64,000 nt of DNA from an uncultured bacterium. Lineage in GTDB: Bacteria > B130-G9. Made by a program: the position numbers and the translations under genes. The DNA is taken from positions 2,779 to 66,778 of the forward strand of contig CBDVDH010000015.1 in assembly GCA_965372715.1 (NCBI GenBank), in the 5' to 3' direction. Positions 38,977-48,033 of the stretch are shown in pieces. Each line of letters begins with the position of its first letter. The stretch's first letter is position 1. Below the pieces are notes generated by a model. The model did no database searches and had not been told where the DNA came from. It saw nothing but the letters and a program-made list of their open reading frames with translations.

Positions 38977-41910
38977 TCAGTTGAGCAAGCTCTTCAGATA
39001 ATCGATAGTTGGCTGGAAGATCCGGCGGAAACCGGGCAAGACCTCGTCCAATGTCGTTTCCATGGCCTCTAGCACCGCCTTGAAACTTCTTGTGTGTCCT
39101 CGATCCTTGAGGAGAACCAGTCGTGGCAGTACGACGTCATACCAGCGTCTAGTGGGATGCAGGATATTCATAGGATCTTCGACAATGCTCTCGTGTTCGA
39201 CGGCCAGCCAGTGGGCATAACCCATCAAGAAGAACCTCACAGCCTGACACTTGTCGGAGATGTTTCCCTTCCAGAAGCACTCACCCATCTTCATGTGCAG
39301 GTCAACCAGCCGCTTGTGGTCTTTCCCGGCTGCTTTGACGCATTCGTCATAGCACTTCTGAGCTGAGTCTTGACGATCGAGCTTCAGTGCCGCAACAGCC
39401 ATCGCCTCATATGCCTCGCTTATTACATCGGCTTGACCGCATTTCAGTGCGTACTTCACGGCAAGATCCGAGGCTTGATAGGCTCTCTTGCTTTGACCTA
39501 CCCCAATCCAGCACTCACTGAGAATCGAATGCCAGCCCGCAAGGTCGCAGAACTGCTTTCGCTCCTCAAACATGGGGAGGAACACATCTGAGAGGGTGAT
39601 CACTGCCCTTGGCAATCGGCGGTCAGACAGCTCTAACGCCATGCCTTCGCTGAGCAGCAGAAACACTTCGGACGACTTGTGTTGCTCATTTATCCCTCTG
39701 CATTCCAGAGCGTACACTTTAGCGGGTCGATATCGCTTCCTCAGGAGTAGAATGTAATAACGGCTCTGCAAAGCCTCGGCCAAGACGCCAGGATCACGGA
39801 GCTTCCTGGCTTCCCTAAGCGCGGTGCGGGAGTAGTCGTCCGCGAGATCCAAGTTGTCAAGTTGAGCGGCTCTAGTCGCCATCAGTGCAAGCAACATGGC
39901 GGCATCCTCTCGCCAACCCAACTCGATTGCGGCCGCAACACAATCATCGAATACAGTGAAGCGTTCGATTGACGCACTAGGAACCAATTTGGGTAGATCG
40001 CCGAGCAAAAGCCTCATCCCACGCTCAGAGCCTACCCATCTTGCAGTGTTCAGGCCCTCGGACAGAAGGTCGATTGCACTGTCTGTATCGCCCTTCGTGG
40101 CTTTACATGCGATTAGGCCGAGGATGGCGCCGACCATCGCATCAGAGGATTTCTGCTCGCGCGCTTCTGACAGTGCCTGCCCTAATACCGCTTCCGCAGA
40201 CTCGAACTCCCCAAGCGCAATCCTGCAGTTGGCAATGTTGACCGACAACTGAGCGTCCTCGGTCAGGTCACCTCTCTCGCTTCTTCTCTCTTGAATGCCG
40301 ACGAGAATGTCATGTGCTTTCTGCGGTTGGTTATCCATTATTGAAAGCGCATGATTCTGATCCACCAGCTCAAGCGTTTCGCCTCGGAGCGCATCCTTAT
40401 GCTTCTTAGCTAAATGCAAGGTACGCCTTATCCCTTTTGAATACTCCCGTTCATCGCCGCTGTTGAGGAACGCAATTGCCTTGTCGTTTATAGTCCTAAT
40501 AAGCGCGTCGAAGTCCCCGGAGCCCCTTAGTTCCCTCTCTAACGCGAGCCATATCCGCAAGGCCTTTGCCTTCTGTCCTGCTCTGCAGAAATACTGTCCG
40601 CAAAAATAAAGGCAATCAGGCTTGGCGTCAATAAGTCGGTGTCTTTCAATGAATCCCAGGAGGCTCTCCGCGATGACTCTTACGTGATACCAGTGCGGCG
40701 TATCGAGGATCTGCCTTCCGGAATAAGACAGCACGTCGCAGATAAGTCGTGGGCTCCTCAACTCCAAAGCCTGCCCGACAGCCTCGCCGAAATTCAGAAT
40801 GCTGACGAACGGAGCCTTGTTGGAGGCCGCGCAGATCTTCGTTTTTATCTCTGTTGCCTCTTCCTTGGATGTCGAAATCCTGAACATGTCTCGTATGTCG
40901 TCAGCCACTTGTATCAGCTGAACATCCACTGGACCTTCCAGAACGTCACCAGGTAGCATCTCGATTAGACCTGTTGATGCAATCTCCCGTGCCAATCGCA
41001 GACAGTTGTCATGGGGCACTCCTATCACAGCAGCAAGAGTCGAAATCGGTATCGGAAGGCCAAAATGCGACGCCGTTTTGAGCAGGAGTTTCTCAGCTGT
41101 TTTGAGGCCAACTAACATCTGCGAAATCACATCTCCGGATGCACTGACTGCTAAAGCTTGTACCGGAAGCCCGCTATCAAGTGACGTCCTGATTCTCTTC
41201 AAGACACTCTCGAAGCCCCCTGTCAGTTCGTAAATCTCATGCATTTCGTCGCGCTTGCGGCCTGATTTGGCACTTTTGAGGATCGATCTTGCCTCTGTCT
41301 TGGTTACCCGAGCTGTCATTAGGTGTCGAACAGCCAGACCATTCTTGGTTCTGACCCTCCTTTCAGACATCGTCACGTATCCAGGAGACCGCCCATAAGC
41401 TAGGTGGCAGTTCCTCAGTTTTTGGGGAATGTGTTCCTCCAGCATTGCTAGAAGCTGCATGCCTTCAATGATCTCGAATTCATGACCAGGATAATGGCCC
41501 TTTCTGTAGCAGGCAATTGCTTTCTGCGGATTGGCCTTCACCTTGCCGGAGGCTATCACAATGATCTTGTTCATCATCCAGTTAGCACCACTATCGCGAT
41601 CCATCCAAGGACACGTCGCAGCTTCATCGATCTGCCTGATTATCTCCTGGGACTTGCCACGCCCTGATCCCTGACTGACATCGCCTGCTTTCAAGACGAT
41701 GGCAGTTGTCATCGTGGCCCCCTTTGTGTCGGTTCCCAGAATCACGACGTCTTTCCCGAATTCATTTGCGCCGTGGTTGTCCAGGACTTTCCCATGCGCG
41801 ATCTTCTGGTAGAGAGGAATGACAAGATCCTTTCTCAGCCTCTCCTCTGGAAGCTCGCGTAGCCATTCGAGACGCAAACTTTGGCTGAGGAAATCAAATG
41901 AGCTAGCCAT
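38977..41910 (-). CDS. N-terminal PD-(D/E)xK restriction-endonuclease-like domain + helical/winged-helix region + TPR array; candidate defence protein
   Basis: EERL...HGANEFGKDVV...AIVLKAGD...QIDEA; ELTGG and LLLKTASHFGLPIPISTLAAV resemble STAND helical domains; about 550 aa of TPR-like repeats; lower GC. Confidence 0.65.
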   Translation of the reverse strand: MASSFDFLSQSLRLEWLRELPEERLRKDLVIPLYQKIAHGKVLDNHGANEFGKDVVILGTDTKGATMTTAIVLKAGDVSQGSGRGKSQEIIRQIDEAATCPWMDRDSGANWMMNKIIVIASGKVKANPQKAIACYRKGHYPGHEFEIIEGMQLLAMLEEHIPQKLRNCHLAYGRSPGYVTMSERRVRTKNGLAVRHLMTARVTKTEARSILKSAKSGRKRDEMHEIYELTGGFESVLKRIRTSLDSGLPVQALAVSASGDVISQMLVGLKTAEKLLLKTASHFGLPIPISTLAAVIGVPHDNCLRLAREIASTGLIEMLPGDVLEGPVDVQLIQVADDIRDMFRISTSKEEATEIKTKICAASNKAPFVSILNFGEAVGQALELRSPRLICDVLSYSGRQILDTPHWYHVRVIAESLLGFIERHRLIDAKPDCLYFCGQYFCRAGQKAKALRIWLALERELRGSGDFDALIRTINDKAIAFLNSGDEREYSKGIRRTLHLAKKHKDALRGETLELVDQNHALSIMDNQPQKAHDILVGIQERRSERGDLTEDAQLSVNIANCRIALGEFESAEAVLGQALSEAREQKSSDAMVGAILGLIACKATKGDTDSAIDLLSEGLNTARWVGSERGMRLLLGDLPKLVPSASIERFTVFDDCVAAAIELGWREDAAMLLALMATRAAQLDNLDLADDYSRTALREARKLRDPGVLAEALQSRYYILLLRKRYRPAKVYALECRGINEQHKSSEVFLLLSEGMALELSDRRLPRAVITLSDVFLPMFEERKQFCDLAGWHSILSECWIGVGQSKRAYQASDLAVKYALKCGQADVISEAYEAMAVAALKLDRQDSAQKCYDECVKAAGKDHKRLVDLHMKMGECFWKGNISDKCQAVRFFLMGYAHWLAVEHESIVEDPMNILHPTRRWYDVVLPRLVLLKDRGHTRSFKAVLEAMETTLDEVLPGFRRIFQPTIDYLKSLLN

Positions 41911-42147
41911 AGGCGTATTCTTGAGCTCGGATAGATTTCTTCATGACATTCCTGTACTGATAAATAATCGCCCGATAATACTGTGAATCACAGTATATGA
42001 CTTTTTTCATGCCCGCAAGAAATATGGTATAACTCTTGGTATTCGTCTGATAGCCCATGTTCTTGAGAGTAGAAGTGAGCTGTTGGCGCCGATCCAAGGC
42101 CAGGGGCGAAGCACAGAGCCGAGGTTATGGCCGGTGGCGCGGGTGAG

Positions 42148-43026
42148 CTAACTGCGCAGGAAGTGCCTCACGGTGACGGCGGCCTTCAGCATGGCGAAGA
42201 ACTCGATCCGGGACATCAGAATGGATACGAAGGCGAGGCGCGGGGAGCGCTCGCGGATGAGGTCGATGTGGATGTTGCGCAGGGTGACTTTGATGATGGT
42301 CTTGATGTAGAAGCCGAAGGCGGCGCCTCGGACCTTGCGCATGGCGAGGTAGCCCCAGTAATGCCAGCGATACATCATCTTGCAGAGGGTGATGATGGTG
42401 TCGGTTCGCTGGTGATGAACGATGGCGTCGGGCGTGTAGGCCAGCCGTTTGCCCATCGAGTTCAACCGAAAGCCCATCTCCGTGTCCTCGCCGTTGGTGC
42501 GGAAACGCTCGTCGAAGCCGCCCGCCTCGAGCAGGACCTGCCGCCGATATGAGCTGCAAACGCCCCAGAGGAAATCGACGCTGGGCCTGAACTCGTCGCC
42601 GTGGCCTTGTGAGGCGTGCAGTCTGCGCCACCTGTCCGCGATAGAGTCACCCGCCGCCTCAATTGCCCGTCCGCCAGCACCGTCCACGCCAACCTCGTAG
42701 CAGGCCTCGAGCTCGCGGATGAGACCGTGGTCGGCGACCGCGTCCGCGTCGATGAACACAACGACGTCCCCCGATGCCTCGTTGAGCAGGACGTTACGGC
42801 CGTGTGCGACGCCCATGTTCTTATCGAGGGTGATTAATTTGACGACAGGCTGGAAAGCCCGTCCTACGCTGACGTATCGGGAAATGATCTCAGCGCTGCG
42901 GTCTGTGGAGCCGTCATCGACGACGAGTATCTCGTCCGGCGGCCGCGATTGCTCAAGGAGCGACTCGAGACAGCCGGCGATGAACTGCTCGGCATTGTAG
43001 CATGGGACGGCGGCGGTTATTCGCAA
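42148..43026 (-). CDS. Glycosyltransferase family 2 (contains an in-frame REP)
   Basis: VPCYNAEQFI, VVDDGSTD, FIDAD, GGFDERF, GEDTEMGFRL. Confidence 0.9.
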   Translation of the reverse strand: MRITAAVPCYNAEQFIAGCLESLLEQSRPPDEILVVDDGSTDRSAEIISRYVSVGRAFQPVVKLITLDKNMGVAHGRNVLLNEASGDVVVFIDADAVADHGLIRELEACYEVGVDGAGGRAIEAAGDSIADRWRRLHASQGHGDEFRPSVDFLWGVCSSYRRQVLLEAGGFDERFRTNGEDTEMGFRLNSMGKRLAYTPDAIVHHQRTDTIITLCKMMYRWHYWGYLAMRKVRGAAFGFYIKTIIKVTLRNIHIDLIRERSPRLAFVSILMSRIEFFAMLKAAVTVRHFLRS

Positions 43027-43027
43027 G

Positions 43028-43969
43028 TTAGGCCAGGGCGATGCCCGTTATGAACTTGGCGGCGGACAGGCCTGCGATCGCCCCGTCCGCAACCGCCGTG
43101 CAGACTTGCCTGAGGTTGGTTGTGCGGACGTCGCCTGCGGCAAAGACGCCCGGAACAGATGTGGACATGTCCTCCTTGGCCTCGATAAATCCCTTGTCAT
43201 CTGTTTCGAGGATACCGCCGAGGAATTCTGCGTTGGGCGCAATGCCGACGGCTATGAAAACGCCATCGACAGCCAGATCCCTAAGACTGCCGTCCTTGAC
43301 GCTGCGAACCCGGACCCCGGTGACCTGATCGTCGCCGAGCACCTCCTCGAGATTACTGCTGAAGACTCGCTCGACGTTCTTGAGCTTGGCAAGCTCGTCG
43401 GAGGTCTCGCCGGCCAGTCTGAGCTGGTCTCTTCGGTGAATATGATAGACCTTCTTGGTGAGGCGCGAAAGGTGAATGACGTCTTCGACGGCCGTTGTGC
43501 CACCGCCAACGACGGCGACGGTCTGACCTTTGTAGAAATTGCCGTCACACACCGCGCACGTGGATACTCCCTTGCCGAAGAACTTCCACTCCCCGGGCAC
43601 GCCAAGTAGTCTTGGCCGAGCGCCTGTTGCGACGATGACAGCCTTACATTCACGTTTCTCTCCGCTGCTGGTCTCTACTATCAGCGGCTCACCCGGAACG
43701 ATTTTCGTCGCGGTCTCCGAGAGAATCTCTACGTCAAGGGACGACAGGTGCTCCTGAAACTTCACGACGAGCTCGGCAGACGACGTCCCAGCCGGAAAGC
43801 CCAGGTAGTTGTCGATGCCCTGCGTTCGCATTATCTGCCCGCCTGGGGCCACGTGCTCCAGCAGCAACACATCCACTGCCGACCTCTTCACGTAAATCGC
43901 CGCCGACATCCCCGCCGGCCCGGCGCCGATTATCACTACGGTATCGTTCGGGTCAGGACTCGTTGGCAT
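43028..43969 (-). CDS. trxB: Thioredoxin-disulfide reductase
   Basis: IIGAGPAG, GKGVSTCAVCDG, VVGGGTTA, VFAAGDVR, RQVCTAVADG. Confidence 0.92.
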   Translation of the reverse strand: MPTSPDPNDTVVIIGAGPAGMSAAIYVKRSAVDVLLLEHVAPGGQIMRTQGIDNYLGFPAGTSSAELVVKFQEHLSSLDVEILSETATKIVPGEPLIVETSSGEKRECKAVIVATGARPRLLGVPGEWKFFGKGVSTCAVCDGNFYKGQTVAVVGGGTTAVEDVIHLSRLTKKVYHIHRRDQLRLAGETSDELAKLKNVERVFSSNLEEVLGDDQVTGVRVRSVKDGSLRDLAVDGVFIAVGIAPNAEFLGGILETDDKGFIEAKEDMSTSVPGVFAAGDVRTTNLRQVCTAVADGAIAGLSAAKFITGIALA

Positions 43970-44132
43970 AAACTCCCCTCCAAAGCGCCGTCCGCGCTAA
44001 TATCTTTCTGTGTATGATTGACCGAACATTTGTCCTCTCAACTGCTATTGTATTGAGAACAATGACCGCGAATGCTGCAGCAATCGTGCAGATTGTTTTA
44101 CAGATTGACCTTCTCCGTCAAGGTTTTTGGCT

Positions 44133-44239
44133 GTAGGGGCGCGGTCTTAAGACCACGCCCGTTCCAATTGACTGCCAGGGTGAGGGCGCCGTATCTTTTC
44201 GGACTGACACAGGCGGGCGGGTCTGAGACCCGTCCCTAC
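44133..44239. repeat. Inverted REP pair (GTAG family)
   Basis: GTAGGGGCGCGGTCTTAAGACCACGCCC ... GGGCGGGTCTGAGACCCGTCCCTAC. Confidence 0.8.
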
Positions 44240-44284
44240 TGGGCATCCGCAGATTATGCGGATGTCTGACTTAGCGAGGGAATA

Positions 44285-45655
44285 ATGTCGAGCCGAAACT
44301 CGAGAATCGTCGTCATCGGGGCGCAGGCCGCCGGCCTCGGCGCCGCGACCGCCGCGAAAAAGATCGACCGAAGAGTGAACGTTACGGTTCTGGAGCGGTC
44401 GATCTACGCGTCGAGCTCGCCGTGCGGGCTGCCCTACTTCATCGGCGGCGAGATTGAGGACATCAAAAAGCTCTCATTCGCCGAGCCGAACGTCATCAGG
44501 GACAAAATGGGCATCGACCTGCGCCTCAAGCACGAGGTCCTCGCAATCGATACCGAGCACAAATCAGTGACTTGCAGCGACTTCAACGCGGGCAGCGAAT
44601 ACGAACTCCAGTATGACAAGCTGATCCTGGCGACGGGCGCCTCGCCCAAAGTTCATCCGGTGGATGGCGTCGATGCCGACGGGGTCTTCACGCTTCGCAA
44701 CATTGGCGACGCGGTGGCAATCGAGGAGTATATCGGCAAGAACTCGCCCAGCCGCGCCGTGGTCGTCGGCGCCGGTTACATCGGGCTGGAGATGGTTGAG
44801 GCGCTGGTGCGGCTGGGGATGGACGTAACGCTGATAGAGATGCTGCCGCAGATTCTGATAGGCATGGACCCTGACATGGCGGCGGTGGTCAGACAGCGGG
44901 TTGAGGAAAGGGGCGTGATGGTGCTGACGAATTCGCCGCTTGAGAATGTTGTCTGTGACGGGAACGGCCGCGTCGTTTCCGTGCAAGCGAAGGGCGAGGC
45001 AATTGACGCTGACCTTGTGATACTCGCGCTCGGCGTGGCGCCGAATGTTGTGCTTGCTGAGGCTGTTGGCATCACCATCGGTGAACGCGGCGCCATCGTG
45101 GTTGACGACCATCAGCGGACCTCCGCGCCTGATGTCTTCGCGGCCGGCGATTGCTGCCAGGCCAGGAACATCGTCTCAGGCCAGGAGGTCTATATGCCGC
45201 TGGCAACGGTTGCGGAGAAGCAGGGCAAGGTCGCCGGCGAGAACGCAGCCGGGGGAGACTCATGCTTCGCTGGAGTCCTTGGGACCGGCATATCAGCGGC
45301 ATTTGACCTCGTGTTCGCCTCGACAGGCCTTACGGCTCAAGCCGCCAGGCAACTGGGCGTAGAGGCCTCGTCTCAGGCGTTCACGGGCCATTCACACGCG
45401 GCCTACTATCCCAACCCTAAGCCACTGAAGCTAAAGATTGTATTCAACCCGAAGACAGGGAAGCTACTGGGCGCTCAGGCCGTCGGCGAGGAGGGCGTCG
45501 TTGCGAGAATCAACGCCCTTATCGTCTCAATCCACGCTGGACTTACTGTGAAAGACCTCACCCAGCTCGACTTGCCATACGCGCCTCAGTTCGGCTCCAG
45601 CTGGGACCCCATACACGTCGTCGCCATGATGGCCGCGAGGAAGCTGCGTGATTAG
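44285..45655 (+). CDS. CoA-disulfide reductase / NADH oxidase family flavoprotein
   Basis: SSSPCGLPY redox Cys, LILATGA, GAGYIGLE, FAAGDC, LDLPYAPQF. Confidence 0.88.
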   Translation: MSSRNSRIVVIGAQAAGLGAATAAKKIDRRVNVTVLERSIYASSSPCGLPYFIGGEIEDIKKLSFAEPNVIRDKMGIDLRLKHEVLAIDTEHKSVTCSDFNAGSEYELQYDKLILATGASPKVHPVDGVDADGVFTLRNIGDAVAIEEYIGKNSPSRAVVVGAGYIGLEMVEALVRLGMDVTLIEMLPQILIGMDPDMAAVVRQRVEERGVMVLTNSPLENVVCDGNGRVVSVQAKGEAIDADLVILALGVAPNVVLAEAVGITIGERGAIVVDDHQRTSAPDVFAAGDCCQARNIVSGQEVYMPLATVAEKQGKVAGENAAGGDSCFAGVLGTGISAAFDLVFASTGLTAQAARQLGVEASSQAFTGHSHAAYYPNPKPLKLKIVFNPKTGKLLGAQAVGEEGVVARINALIVSIHAGLTVKDLTQLDLPYAPQFGSSWDPIHVVAMMAARKLRD

Positions 45656-45815
45656 CTGGAAGGAAGAGATGTCTGCGCAATCAATATATGACGGGTACCG
45701 AATAATCAGTTAGAGAACGGGCCAGCAGTAACCCTTTTAGGCGGGGTATGATGCTCCTTTCGTGGACGATGGCCCAGCTTTGCGCCCAAATCGGGCCATC
45801 CCGGATATGCAGTTC

Positions 45816-46178
45816 TTATGGCTGCTGGCTATCGGGGGCGGGCAGGACGAGCGATTCAAGGGTGTCAATGAGAGCTGGGATGGCCTCCGTTGCTACAATC
45901 CACATCTTGTCGTGTCTGATCTCGCCATACTCGTGCGCCAGGACATTGCGCAGCCCAATTATCCGGCGCCAGGGAACCTCTGGATGGTCCTCCTGAAAGG
46001 CTCCAGATACCCGTCTTGCCGCCTCACCCAGGATTTCCAAGTGTCGCTCGACAGCACCTCGCAGCATACGATCCTGTAGGTAGTCCTGATATGCCCGGGA
46101 TGCAACGAAGCTCCCCACCGCACGCGCGGCATCCAGCATGTCCCAAAGAAACGCCGCATCGTCCGTGCTAGGACGCAT
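45816..46178 (-). CDS. hepT: HEPN (DUF86) ribonuclease toxin
   Basis: AVERHLEILGEAA, PEVPWRRIIGLRNVLAHEY (RxxxxH); start moved to ATG 46178. Confidence 0.9.
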   Translation of the reverse strand: MRPSTDDAAFLWDMLDAARAVGSFVASRAYQDYLQDRMLRGAVERHLEILGEAARRVSGAFQEDHPEVPWRRIIGLRNVLAHEYGEIRHDKMWIVATEAIPALIDTLESLVLPAPDSQQP

Positions 46179-46482
46179 AGAAGACCTCGTAGCTCGAGAG
46201 GATAGCCTGCCGTCGAAACGGATTTCGGATTGCATCCTTTTCCACCAGGTCCACATCCCGACCGAAGATGTCCTTCAGCTCGTCTATCATATCCACGATG
46301 TCGAAACCGCTCCAACGGGAATCCAAAGCGAATGTCACCAACACGTCCACGTCACTTTCTGGCCCGAAATCCTCCCGAAGCACCGAGCCAAAGAATGCGA
46401 ACTCGGAGATCTTCCACTTGCCGCAAAACGCCTCGACGTTGTGCCGAGGAACATTGATACGCAGGTTTGTCATGATACTCAC
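46168..46482 (-). CDS. mntA: Minimal nucleotidyltransferase antitoxin
   Basis: FFGSVLREDFGPESDVDVLV, FGRDVDLV. Confidence 0.9.
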   Translation of the reverse strand: MSIMTNLRINVPRHNVEAFCGKWKISEFAFFGSVLREDFGPESDVDVLVTFALDSRWSGFDIVDMIDELKDIFGRDVDLVEKDAIRNPFRRQAILSSYEVFYAS

Positions 46483-46548
46483 CCCGTCAGATGATCTTCA
46501 CACTGTATCCTACTTTTGCTGTACTTGTTGAGTTGGCTAAACAGTTGA

Positions 46549-47364
46549 GTGATACTTGTGACAATGCCACACAATCCATTCTTTGAATATGATGACATCC
46601 GGATCTTCAACGATGATTTCCTCACCACGGATTGCGTGGCCGAGGATTCGATCGACCTGATAGTGACGTCGCCGCCCTACAACGTTGAGATCGATTACGG
46701 TTCCTACGACGATCAAATGTCCTACGCTTCTTACCTCGACTTCACACGTCAGTGGTTGCATAAGGCCTCGTCCGTTCTAAAAGATGACGGGCGCTTATGC
46801 CTCAATATCCCGCTGGACAAGAACAAGGGTGGACAGCAGTCAGTCTATGCCGACATCCTGGGCATCGCCAAGCAGGTGGGCCTCAAGTATCACACCACCA
46901 TCGTCTGGAACGAGCAGAACATCTCGAGGCGCACGGCGTGGGGCTCGTGGCTCTCGGCGAGCGCGCCCTACGTCATCGCGCCCGTTGAGATGATCGCAAT
47001 TCTTTACAAGAACTCCTGGAAGAAGACGAGCGGGTCGGGCAAGTCGGACATCGAAAGGCAGGACTTCATGGATTGGACGAACGGTGTCTGGTCGTTTTCT
47101 GGCGAGAGCAAGAAGCGCGTCGGCCACCCCGCGCCATTTCCCATAGAACTGCCCCGACGATGCATAAAGCTCTTCACGTTCGTCGATGACCTCGTGCTCG
47201 ATCCGTTCGTGGGCAGCGGCTCGACATTGCTCGCATGCGCTTTCACTGGCAGGCGCGGAATGGGCATCGACATCGACCCCCAATACTGCCAGCTCGCCGC
47301 AGATAGATTGACAGAAGAGGCAGAGATCACAATGGCGAGACCGAATACGGAAGCGGTGGGCTAG
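46549..47364 (+). CDS. Site-specific DNA methyltransferase (N4-C/N6-A, beta class), orphan
   Basis: Motif IV TSPPYN precedes motif I DPFVGSGST; HPAPFP. Confidence 0.92.
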   Translation: MILVTMPHNPFFEYDDIRIFNDDFLTTDCVAEDSIDLIVTSPPYNVEIDYGSYDDQMSYASYLDFTRQWLHKASSVLKDDGRLCLNIPLDKNKGGQQSVYADILGIAKQVGLKYHTTIVWNEQNISRRTAWGSWLSASAPYVIAPVEMIAILYKNSWKKTSGSGKSDIERQDFMDWTNGVWSFSGESKKRVGHPAPFPIELPRRCIKLFTFVDDLVLDPFVGSGSTLLACAFTGRRGMGIDIDPQYCQLAADRLTEEAEITMARPNTEAVG

Positions 47365-47483
47365 CAGTGGAGTGTTGCCCGCTCACATTATCTCGGCTTT
47401 CGACTTACAACTTTCGACTGTTTCCGCCTTGCGGAAACTGCTCCCCCCCAATAACCAGACTGATGCAAGCTGGTTCTGGCTTT

Positions 47484-47660
47484 TTGGAGTGCGGTGGCCT
47501 GACGCCGCTTTCGGTGGCGGTGACCCGGCGCCGCCCTCTGATAGACGGCTCCTTCGACCTCGCAGATAGCGATTCGGAGATACGGACGTTAATCGGTGCA
47601 GGCAGATGCCGCGTCAGGCCGCGGGAAATGAAAGCGGTGCCGGGTCAGAAGCACTCCAAA
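47484..47660. repeat. Inverted REP pair (GGAGTGC family)
   Basis: TTGGAGTGCGGTGGCCTGACGCCGCTTT ... AAAGCGGTGCCGGGTCAGAAGCACTCCAAA. Confidence 0.65.
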
Positions 47661-48033
47661 TCACCCAACGGGTGCAAGACGCATCGCTATTGTATTCGAC
47701 AAGATCAGCCTCGTGAATGGCTCAGGCGAGCTCAAGACGCGACGTCAACGATTATCGACCTGATTATTGGGGTCCCAGATTCTGCTTGACCGGGAGATCA
47801 GAGCAGGTATCCTTGTTACTCTTGAGTCTGGCAATGTGGATAATTGTGTCTCGGGTCAGGTGCGACCCGGGTCGTTGTGACGGGATTTGTGATTAGTGTT
47901 GAGCCGTGCTTCGCGGCGCCTATCCTCTCTGCCAAACTTTGACAAAAGTGGTTATTTGGGGCATATTCTAACCGTAAGATGTTTGGCTTTAGGGATAGGT
48001 TATTGTAGTAATCACGCTCTCTATAGGAGGTGA

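Noticed and set aside
41903-42097. 64-aa AT-rich ORF upstream of the nuclease-TPR gene
   Set aside because: No recognisable motif and a TTG start; more likely promoter or foreign intergenic DNA.
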